Positions 10,100-18,012 of a DNA stretch of 64,000 bases are shown here, in pieces. The DNA lies in the NCBI GenBank assembly GCA_965215185.1, contig OZ244034.1, forward strand, positions 1,696,001 through 1,760,000, written 5' to 3'. Under the pieces are notes generated by a model. It was not told the origin of the DNA. It was given only the letters and a program-made list of their open reading frames with translations, and searched no databases. Source of the DNA: Acidimicrobiia bacterium. Its GTDB lineage: Bacteria; Actinomycetota; Acidimicrobiia; Spongiisociales; ZC4RG35. Numbering within the stretch: the first letter of the stretch is position 1; every line of letters begins with the position of its first letter. The translations under genes and the position numbers were made by a program.

Positions 10100-10702
10100 C
10101 TACTCCTCGGCAAAGACCAAACGGTCAAGAATGAGGGGATCCCTTCCGAGGGCGGACGGGTCGAGCACCGCCCAGATCGAGGGGAGTCCCCGGTAGCGGC
10201 CCTCCCAATCAAGGCCATATCCCACCAAGAAGTCATGCCCCACCTCAAAGCCCCGGTACTCGACGGGGACATCCACCAGCCGGCGGACCTTACGATCCAA
10301 TAGCGCCACCGTGGTCACGGAAGCCGGGGACCGCCCGGCCAGCAACTTGTGAATGGCATCCAGGGATAGGCCGGTGTCGACCACACCCATGACGATGATC
10401 ACATCCCGTCCTCCGATGTCGGAGAAAAGGTCCATGGCGATGCTGATATTGGATCCTTCCCGGTAACGGTTGATCATCAGGAATTCAATGTCCATCTCCA
10501 GATCCATTTGCCTGACCAGGTCCGCCAGGAAGAGCACCGATCCGTACATGATCCCCACCATCACCGGTGAGCGATCCCGATAGTGCTCGGTAAGGGTTCT
10601 GCCCAATTCGACCACCCGCCGCTCGATCTCTTCGGAGGTGAACAACTCCGAGACCGCGCCCGGGCCGAACAGGCGTCCAGCATTACTCATTGCATCTACC
10701 AT
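10100..10702 (-). CDS. hpt: Hypoxanthine phosphoribosyltransferase-like protein with altered PRPP motif
   Basis: FLADLVR, VIIVMGVVDTG (canonical VEDIxDSG/TG), LLDRK, FLVGYGLD. Confidence 0.8.
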   Translation of the reverse strand: MVDAMSNAGRLFGPGAVSELFTSEEIERRVVELGRTLTEHYRDRSPVMVGIMYGSVLFLADLVRQMDLEMDIEFLMINRYREGSNISIAMDLFSDIGGRDVIIVMGVVDTGLSLDAIHKLLAGRSPASVTTVALLDRKVRRLVDVPVEYRGFEVGHDFLVGYGLDWEGRYRGLPSIWAVLDPSALGRDPLILDRLVFAEE

Positions 10703-10813
10703 CTTATGCCCCCCATTCTGTGGGTGAAGTGTAGGGCTCTTTCACAAGCCGCGGATCGTACTTGCCGGAGCGCGTCTAGCATCTCAACAGCATGCCGTCG
10801 AATAGCTGCGGAA

Positions 10814-11548
10814 ATGGATGAGTCGGAAAGGGAGAAGGCGGTAGGCACTCCCGCCATCAAAGTCCCCTTCTCGGTTCTCATGCCTGCCTACAACGAAACG
10901 GCCGTGATCGGCCTCACCCTCACCGAGTTATTGGAGTACCTGCCCACTGACGCCGAGGTGGTGGTGGCCGCCGCCGACCGCCGGGACAACGAGCTTGTCA
11001 CCGGAGCGGGAAGCCCCACCGGCAGAAAGGCCTTGGAGTTGCAGGACCTCCGGGTGCGGGTGTGCGAAGGGGGAGGACTCACCGAGGCGGTCCGCAACGC
11101 CGCCCTTGCCGCCCATCACGATCTGGTGGTGGTGATGGACGCCGATGGGCAGCATGATCCGGCCGCGCTGGAGAAGATGGTCTCGGCGCTGGCCGACGGC
11201 TACGATGTGTGCGTGGGGGAACTGGAGCAACGGGGAAAGCAGTGGTACAGGATGGCCCTGACTCATACCGCGATCCTGCTCACCCGGCTGCGGATGCCCC
11301 GTAGAACCAAAGGCCTGCGATTCCCCCAGTCCGGCTATTTCGGTACCCGCCGCCTTATCCTGGCCAGGGCCTTGGAGGGGGTGGAGCCGTATTGTTTCAA
11401 GGTGCTCATCGCCCTGTTGATGTCAAAGCGATTGCGGGCGACCGGGGTCCCCACCGTGATTCGCGACCGGATAGCCGGCGAGTCCAAATTGAACTGGCAT
11501 ACCATCACCTCCGACACCAGGCTGCTGCTGAGAAGGTGCGGACGCTAG
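10814..11548 (+). CDS. Glycosyltransferase family 2 (polyprenol-phosphate sugar synthase-like)
   Basis: LMPAYNE, VMDADGQH, SGYF, DRIAGESKL; start at ATG 10814 chosen. Confidence 0.88.
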   Translation: MDESEREKAVGTPAIKVPFSVLMPAYNETAVIGLTLTELLEYLPTDAEVVVAAADRRDNELVTGAGSPTGRKALELQDLRVRVCEGGGLTEAVRNAALAAHHDLVVVMDADGQHDPAALEKMVSALADGYDVCVGELEQRGKQWYRMALTHTAILLTRLRMPRRTKGLRFPQSGYFGTRRLILARALEGVEPYCFKVLIALLMSKRLRATGVPTVIRDRIAGESKLNWHTITSDTRLLLRRCGR

Positions 11549-11553
11549 GAAGG

Positions 11554-12606
11554 CTATCCGTCTGCGGAGGAGAAGAGGCGCAGCATCCAGCCCAGGACAT
11601 CGCCCAGCCCTTCCGGGGTTCTACCCACCCGGATCGCCACCAGCTCGCTGGTCACCGAGACTTCCACGGAAACCGTATCCGCAACTGTCTCGGAGGAAAC
11701 GGTGGTGGTGGTCAGGGGAACCGAAGCGGCCAGCACCTGCTCTCGATTCAAACGTAATTGGGTGGATACCAGCCCGGGAATGGCGCCCGAAGACTGGAAT
11801 CCATAGTCCAAAAGGGCCGTGGCGTCCGCGAAATGGTCCGTCGTTTTCATCACCACCAGCAGCAGTCTCTCACCTTGCCGCTCCGCCCCCGCCACCAGTA
11901 CCCGACCGGCATTATCGGTGTATCCGGTCTTTATCCCCAGGGTCCCTTCATAGTCGAAGAGCAGTTGGTTGGTGTTGGAGAAAACCCTTTCCTCGCCTGT
12001 GGGAGCTTCCCGAAGCGCGATCTGTCGAGTGGCCACCGCCTCGGCTAACTCCGGGTGCGTCAACACTTGCCTGGTCAGGATCAGAAGGTCCCGAGCCGTG
12101 GAGTACTGGTCTGGGTGATCAAGGCCGTGGGGATTGGCGTAGGAGGTGCTCTCCATGCCCAATTCTGTCGCCCTTTGATTCATCAAGGTCACAAACTCCC
12201 CCACGCTTCCCCCCACATGTTCGGCTACGGCGTAAGCAGCGTCATTTCCGGAGCGGATCAACAACGCTCTCACCAAAGTTCGTAGCAGAAAGACCTCTCC
12301 TTCCACCAGGCCCACTTCCGATTCCCCCACCGAAACGGCGCCCCCGCTGATCTGCACCGGCGAAGAAAGGTCCCCCAACTCCACCGCCAGAAGGGCGGTC
12401 ATCAATTTGGTGGTGGAAGCCATCGGCCGGGGAAAGTCGGCATTCTCCTCTGCCAATACCACGCCATTGTTGTCGTCGTACAGCAACCATGATTCGGCTG
12501 CGATGTCCGGAGGGTCGGACAACTGGGTCCAGGGAATGGGGGGTGGCTCGACCCAGAGGGGACTGGCCGCCGCGGCGCTGCCGATCGAGACGACCATGAA
12601 CGCCAC
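11554..12606 (-). CDS. D-alanyl-D-alanine carboxypeptidase (peptidase S11)
   Basis: SxxK (STTK), SxN (SGN), HGL, KTG. Confidence 0.94.
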   Translation of the reverse strand: MAFMVVSIGSAAAASPLWVEPPPIPWTQLSDPPDIAAESWLLYDDNNGVVLAEENADFPRPMASTTKLMTALLAVELGDLSSPVQISGGAVSVGESEVGLVEGEVFLLRTLVRALLIRSGNDAAYAVAEHVGGSVGEFVTLMNQRATELGMESTSYANPHGLDHPDQYSTARDLLILTRQVLTHPELAEAVATRQIALREAPTGEERVFSNTNQLLFDYEGTLGIKTGYTDNAGRVLVAGAERQGERLLLVVMKTTDHFADATALLDYGFQSSGAIPGLVSTQLRLNREQVLAASVPLTTTTVSSETVADTVSVEVSVTSELVAIRVGRTPEGLGDVLGWMLRLFSSADG

Positions 12607-12644
12607 CAGGCATAAGGCCTTGAGCCCGAGGCGAGCGGTGGTTC

Positions 12645-13328
12645 TCAGCGGCGTAGCTCTGCGCGGAGGGAGGCCAACAGTAACGCTCGATGAATGCTCA
12701 CCAGGGCGTCGGCACAGCCCACCAGCATTTCCCGGACATGCTCACCCCCGTCTCCCACCCACTGCACTCTCATCAGCGGCGCTGCCACGGATCGAAAGAC
12801 ATCAACCTCCCGGTCCACCGCCAGACGGATAGCCCGCAGGTGCCGACCCCCCAGGCCCCGGTCCATCAGCAGTTTGGACTCGGCAGCGACCGTTCCCGAT
12901 TCGGGGGGGAAGACATCGTCGTCCCCGGGCAGGGGGACCACCAGGCGATGCGTGATGAGGTCATCCAGTTGATCAGGGGTCAACCCGCTGCGCCGTAGGA
13001 CATCGGAGCGGTTGATCGGCTCGCCCGCTTCTTCCAGGAGGGAGGCTCCCAAACCCTGCGGATCCTGAGGATCGTCTCCCCGCTCCCAGGCTGCCAGCTT
13101 GGTTTTGATCACCTTGAGGGGAAGGAAATGTTCACGCTGCTGTCCCAGGATGTATCGAAGCCGGGCCACATCCGTCCGGTCGAAACGGCGATATCCCCCC
13201 TGGGTACGGCTGGGGAGAATCATCCCCTTCGCCTCCAAGAACCGTATTTTGGAGACGGTTACTTCAGGGAAATCCTTCCGAAGGGCCTTGACTGTCTCCC
13301 CGATCGAGAAGCTCTGCTGCTCAGTCAT
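12645..13328 (-). CDS. MerR family regulator (FtsR-like)
   Basis: VTVSKIRFLE, RTQGGYRRF, FLPLKVIK; follows FHA gene as in the conserved actinobacterial cluster. Confidence 0.9.
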   Translation of the reverse strand: MTEQQSFSIGETVKALRKDFPEVTVSKIRFLEAKGMILPSRTQGGYRRFDRTDVARLRYILGQQREHFLPLKVIKTKLAAWERGDDPQDPQGLGASLLEEAGEPINRSDVLRRSGLTPDQLDDLITHRLVVPLPGDDDVFPPESGTVAAESKLLMDRGLGGRHLRAIRLAVDREVDVFRSVAAPLMRVQWVGDGGEHVREMLVGCADALVSIHRALLLASLRAELRR

Positions 13329-13764
13329 TGCCTCGGACTACAACCAGGTGAAATCGTCCCACCATCAGTGTGTCCCCCGGATGCAGGGTGGAAACCTCCA
13401 TTCGCGCCCCGTTTAGATAGGTTCCGTTGGTGGATCCCTCGTCCTCCACCGCCAGTCGGTCACCCTCCACCGTTAGCACACAATGCCAACGGGAGACCGT
13501 GATGTCATCCAAAAGGATTCGACTTTGCAGATGGCGCCCCACTCGGGTTGTGCCTTCCGGCAACGGGTAGGCCCTGCCCGCCTGCGAGCCTCTCTCCACA
13601 AGAAGTCCCCATCCCGAGAATCCCTCCAGTTGGCCCAACGCGTCCTTTCGGAGCGTCGAATACAGATCGCCCGGCCTGAAGATGGCGGTTGGGTCAGTTC
13701 CACGGACATTTCCCGCCATCCCGGCGCTGGCAGGTGGTTCACCGGACAGCATGGGATTGGACAC
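13321..13764 (-). CDS. FHA domain protein (GarA/OdhI-like)
   Basis: GRH, LDDITVSRWH, GSTNGTYLN; N-terminal DPTAIFR resembles the GarA phospho-Thr segment. Confidence 0.9.
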   Translation of the reverse strand: MSNPMLSGEPPASAGMAGNVRGTDPTAIFRPGDLYSTLRKDALGQLEGFSGWGLLVERGSQAGRAYPLPEGTTRVGRHLQSRILLDDITVSRWHCVLTVEGDRLAVEDEGSTNGTYLNGARMEVSTLHPGDTLMVGRFHLVVVRGND

Positions 13765-13770
13765 ACTCTC

Positions 13771-13776
13771 ATTGTA
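13771..13776 (-). promoter_or_regulatory. -10 box TACAAT of a leaderless FHA-MerR transcript
   Basis: Near-consensus -10 6 nt upstream of GTG 13764; no SD. Confidence 0.6.
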
Positions 13777-13822
13777 ACTGCCAACCTTCAGCCACGAAGG
13801 AGCGGATCAAGGACGGTTGTGT

Positions 13823-14212
13823 CTAGGAGATGAGATCCTGGTAGCCAGCCGCGTCCAAGAGCGTGGAAGGTAAGGAATCGGGTTGGGAGAGGTCCACAAT
13901 CCATCCTTCACCGTAGGGATCCTGGTTGACCAACTCCGGGCGGGTCTCCAGTTCCTCGTTCGCCCCCAGCACCGTTGCGTCAAAAGGTGCGTAAACCTCT
14001 CCCACCGACTTGGTGGACTCCAGTTCGGCGATGATCTCCCCTTCCGATACCTCGTCGCCCACTCGAGGCAATTGGGCGTAGACCACATCGCCCAATGCAT
14101 CCTGTGCATAGTCGGTGATTCCCAAACGAACCTTCCCCTCGGCGGTCAGCATCCACTCGTGTTCGGCGCTGTAGGAGAGATGATCGGGTGTCTCGGTAAG
14201 GTTTTCTGCCAT
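13823..14212 (-). CDS. gcvH: Glycine cleavage system H protein
   Basis: HEW, GITDYAQDALGDVVY, ESTK lipoyl-Lys, DPYGEGW. Confidence 0.97.
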   Translation of the reverse strand: MAENLTETPDHLSYSAEHEWMLTAEGKVRLGITDYAQDALGDVVYAQLPRVGDEVSEGEIIAELESTKSVGEVYAPFDATVLGANEELETRPELVNQDPYGEGWIVDLSQPDSLPSTLLDAAGYQDLIS

Positions 14213-14276
14213 AGGGACATACCTTATCAGAAACAGAGGTTACGGCGTTATAACTTCAGCCGCCGAATGCGGGATT

Positions 14277-14870
14277 TCACCCCGTAGTTGAACCTCCTCG
14301 CCTGCTAAGAAGATCCAGACCGTCTCGAAAATACCAACCTGCCGACCACCAGTAGAAAACCAACCCCACCACCGCCGTAGCCCAGGCCAGTACCCCAAGC
14401 CAGATCTGTAGGGAATCGGCGACATCGGAGGCAAAGTAGAAGATTGGAATGGCGATATAGAGCAAGGTGATGGCCGCCTTCCCGCTCATACGCACTTCAA
14501 TCGGGTTCTTCGTTCGAAAAAACACCCAGACCGACCAGGCGGACATCAAGGCGAATCTGAATAGGATGAACATCCCGATCCAGATTGGAACCCAGGTCTT
14601 GATCGTTCCCCCTAGCACTGCCGAAGCCATCATCAACGCGTCGCCGATCGGATCGAGGATCGCCCCCAGATCCGTCACCTGATCCAACCGTCGGGCCAAC
14701 CATCCGTCCAGCCAGTCGGTGGTGGCCATCAGTATGAGCAATAACGCCGCCCCGGTCGGGTAGTCGCCGACCACCAACCACCAAAAGACCCCGACCAGGA
14801 CAATCCGGAATAAGGAGATAAGGTTGGGGATAGTCAATACCCTCGAGCGATCAGCGCAGCTCCCGCTCAT
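14277..14870 (-). CDS. CDP-alcohol phosphatidyltransferase
   Basis: TIPNLISLFR, DWLDGWLARRLDQVTDLGAILDPIGD. Confidence 0.94.
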   Translation of the reverse strand: MSGSCADRSRVLTIPNLISLFRIVLVGVFWWLVVGDYPTGAALLLILMATTDWLDGWLARRLDQVTDLGAILDPIGDALMMASAVLGGTIKTWVPIWIGMFILFRFALMSAWSVWVFFRTKNPIEVRMSGKAAITLLYIAIPIFYFASDVADSLQIWLGVLAWATAVVGLVFYWWSAGWYFRDGLDLLSRRGGSTTG

Positions 14871-15940
14871 AGTTCTACTACCGAGCAGAACAGTTCCGCC
14901 AGCCGGGCTCGCGGACGCAGATTCACCGTGGACAACTCGGCTCCCGCTCCCAGGATGAGATCGGCTGCACGAAGCGCCCGGGCAGGATCCACTGACAGCA
15001 ATCTCGCCTTTTCACCTAGGGTTCGGGTAGGGCCTCCCAAGGCCCGGGCGGCCGCGTCCACATACCATGCCGCCATGATCTCCAATCCCGCCACCCACAG
15101 CAACCGCCGTTGCCGGCGGGTCTCCCGCTGCGCCTGTTCTCTTTGTTTGCCAATTGCCTTCTTGGTGGGCCGCACCTGATCGAGCATTCGCTCACCATGG
15201 GTCAGGATCTCGTCAACCATGATCAATGCCTCACCCGCTCCCAAATGGTCCCGCTCGGCGAGGCGGGCGGCCTGTTCCAGCCAGGCGGCGCGAAACTCGG
15301 CCGCGGCGGTCTTGCCTGTAAGCCGAAGAGCCATTCCCGGCCGGCCGTTGGCCACCTCCGCTATCACCTCCGCCTCGGCGGGCTGCATACCTCTCTCCAC
15401 CAGCGCCTCCCGCAATTCGCCTGTGTCCACCTTGCGGAAATGAAAGGTTCGACACCGGCTGGCCACGGTTTTGGGAAGATCCTCAGTTGAGGCCGCCACC
15501 AGCACAATGACGGTGGAAGCGGTGGTCTCCTCCAGGGTCTTGAGAAGGACGTTGGCCGCCGCTTCGGTCATTTCCCGGTCGATGATGAATACCTTCCGTG
15601 CGGCCTCCACCGGGGTCCGGGATGCGTGGGCAACTAATGAGCGGGCGTCCCCCACCCCTATCCGCTGGCGTTGTGTGGGGCTCACTAGTACCACGTCGGG
15701 ATGGTGACCTGATCGGGCTCGCCGGCAGGATGAACACTCCCCGATGTGAGCGCCTAGCTGGGGACACACCAGCCGCTCCGCGAAGCGCCGCGCCACCAAG
15801 CTCTTGCCCACCCCCCGTGGCCCCACCAAGAGATAGGCGCCGGCGGGCGTGGCGGCGTCGGCGGTTAGCCACTCCCAATTGGCTCGGTGACCGATGATCC
15901 CCGGAGAATCCTCCGGGGTGGCTAGGAGTTGTCCATCCAT
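14867..15940 (-). CDS. holB: DNA polymerase III subunit delta'
   Basis: GPRGVGKS, Zn-binding Cys, HPD, AANVLLKTLEE, SRC; follows tmk. Confidence 0.9.
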   Translation of the reverse strand: MDGQLLATPEDSPGIIGHRANWEWLTADAATPAGAYLLVGPRGVGKSLVARRFAERLVCPQLGAHIGECSSCRRARSGHHPDVVLVSPTQRQRIGVGDARSLVAHASRTPVEAARKVFIIDREMTEAAANVLLKTLEETTASTVIVLVAASTEDLPKTVASRCRTFHFRKVDTGELREALVERGMQPAEAEVIAEVANGRPGMALRLTGKTAAAEFRAAWLEQAARLAERDHLGAGEALIMVDEILTHGERMLDQVRPTKKAIGKQREQAQRETRRQRRLLWVAGLEIMAAWYVDAAARALGGPTRTLGEKARLLSVDPARALRAADLILGAGAELSTVNLRPRARLAELFCSVVEL

Positions 15941-16542
15941 CCTCGCTCCTCAAGATACGACACCAACAGTGCGGCATTTCCTTCCGGCGGCCGGGCGGCG
16001 TCAATCCTTAGCATCCGTGCCGGGTCGGAGGCCCAAAGCCGCCGATAGCCCTCCCAGACCCGCAGGTGGACGGAAACATCCGAGGCTCCGATCCGGTCCT
16101 GTCCCTCCTGCCGGGAGAGTGCAATCCTTGGGTCGGTCTCCAGCCACACCACCAGATCGGGAAGGGTTCCGCCCAGTGCCGGGGAGTTGATCGACCGAAC
16201 CGGCCCCACCCCCAAGTGGCGGGCACATCCCTGATAAGCCAGGGACGAGTACAGGCACCGGTCGGAAACCACCCACTTTCCGTCGGTGAGAGCGGGCCGG
16301 ACCACCTGAGCCATCAATTCGGACCGCTGGGCGGCGAACAGCAGAGCCTCGGTCCAACCCGCCATGTCTTCACCGTGCAGGAGAACCTCCCGTATTCTGT
16401 CTCCCAGCGGGGTGCCACCAGGTTCCCTGACCCTCACCACTTCTATGCCGCGTTCCTCCAAACGGGAGGCCAGAAGGCCGCACAGGGTGGACTTGCCCAC
16501 TCCCTCCGTACCCTCCAGTGCCAGGTAGCGGGCCTGGCTCAT
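15922..16542 (-). CDS. tmk: Thymidylate kinase
   Basis: EGTEGVGKST, REPGGT, SDR, SSLAYQG. Confidence 0.96.
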   Translation of the reverse strand: MSQARYLALEGTEGVGKSTLCGLLASRLEERGIEVVRVREPGGTPLGDRIREVLLHGEDMAGWTEALLFAAQRSELMAQVVRPALTDGKWVVSDRCLYSSLAYQGCARHLGVGPVRSINSPALGGTLPDLVVWLETDPRIALSRQEGQDRIGASDVSVHLRVWEGYRRLWASDPARMLRIDAARPPEGNAALLVSYLEERGWMDNS

Positions 16543-17933
16543 GTTTTATCGGTTCGACGGTGCCTCAACATCCCCAACACCTGGCTGGTGTGTTTCATGG
16601 CACTGATCGTCTCGATGTCGAACACCATCCGCAATTGGGACCTCACCGCCCAGAGGGTCGCCAGACCGGTCAACAGCACCGCCACCCCGCTTATGAACAG
16701 AACGGCCCGGATCCCATTACTCAACAGGCCGGGGAGCACACCTTCCAGGGTGACCGCCCCAAATCCCGCCGCTGCCAGAGAGAGCAGCAAAGCCAACCGA
16801 CCCAGGGAATAGAGCGCGCCGAAAGTTCGACCTCTGATGCTGTCGGTCACCACCGAATGAAGCTGAGTGAACCCGGCCACATACGCCATCCCGGTCCCGA
16901 TTCCCAATATCAGTACCCAACCAACCGCCGAGAACACCGACCGGGAAAAGCTGGTGAAGATGATTCCCCCGCCCGCTGCCAGCAAACCAAAGGCAAAGAT
17001 CGGTTCACGGTGTAGAAGATTCTTGCCAAGTCCGGCCAAGAGCACCATGCCGATTGTCACTCCCAGGCCAAGCGAGGTGAGCAGCGCCCCGTATCCGCTC
17101 TCGGTGGCTTCCAAGACCTGTTGGGTGAAGGGTTGCCCCATCACGAACAATCCCCCTCCTCCCAGCAAAGCCACCGCCATCCCCCACACCAGCCGGCGCA
17201 CCGGGCCTCGTCTTCCCACCTGCGCCCATCCCTCAAGCAGATCGCGCACCGGGGCGGCCAGAGAACGACGCTCCAGCTTCATTCGCCGCCGCTCGGGCAA
17301 GGGCGTGGGCTTGATGGGTATGGTGAGCGTAATGAACCCCGAGACCAAGAAAGTCGCCATGTCGAACGTGAAAGCAGGTAGCACCCAGGCGCCAAACTGT
17401 CCTACCTCGGGAAGATATTTGCTGAATTCGGTGAGCAACGCGAACAGCGCCGATCCGATCGGCGCTGTTCCGTACATGGAAAGCAGATTGAGACCGTTGG
17501 CCATTGCCAAATGTCGGGGAGCGATCAGAGTGGGTACCACCGCTTCCCGGGCGGGTTGGCGGAACAGCCCAAGGAGTTCCACCAACACGATGACCATGAA
17601 CAGTTGGGAGAGGGTGGAGACGAACAGAAGAGTGCCCACCAATGCGGCTCGTCCGAAGTCGGAGACGGCCATGGTGAGCTTTCGGTTCCAGCGGTCCGCC
17701 GCCACGCCGCCCAGCATTCCCGCCACCATCCCCGGCAAGAACCGCGCCACCAAGGAAACGATTATCGCCACAGTGGAGCCGTCCCCTCCGCCGCCGATCC
17801 GGGCCGCCAGCGCCAAAGTGGCGAAAATGTTCACCCAGTCGCCCAGGCTGGAGACACTGTTTGCCCACCACAACTTGGCGAAAGGGCCGCGGCGGATCAG
17901 ATCGCGGCCACGGATTTGTTCCACATGATCCAC
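16539..17933 (-). CDS. MFS transporter translationally coupled to tmk
   Basis: ~12 TM; GVAADRWNRK motif A; start refined to GTG 17933 (TAGTGT -10 7 nt upstream; ORF track start 17951). Confidence 0.9.
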   Translation of the reverse strand: MDHVEQIRGRDLIRRGPFAKLWWANSVSSLGDWVNIFATLALAARIGGGGDGSTVAIIVSLVARFLPGMVAGMLGGVAADRWNRKLTMAVSDFGRAALVGTLLFVSTLSQLFMVIVLVELLGLFRQPAREAVVPTLIAPRHLAMANGLNLLSMYGTAPIGSALFALLTEFSKYLPEVGQFGAWVLPAFTFDMATFLVSGFITLTIPIKPTPLPERRRMKLERRSLAAPVRDLLEGWAQVGRRGPVRRLVWGMAVALLGGGGLFVMGQPFTQQVLEATESGYGALLTSLGLGVTIGMVLLAGLGKNLLHREPIFAFGLLAAGGGIIFTSFSRSVFSAVGWVLILGIGTGMAYVAGFTQLHSVVTDSIRGRTFGALYSLGRLALLLSLAAAGFGAVTLEGVLPGLLSNGIRAVLFISGVAVLLTGLATLWAVRSQLRMVFDIETISAMKHTSQVLGMLRHRRTDKT

Positions 17934-18012
17934 TCGGGAAACACTAGCCAAAATACAAAAACCCTGATTCGGTTAGGTATATACCACCCGGGGCGGGTAA
18001 CTTGTTAGTCCG

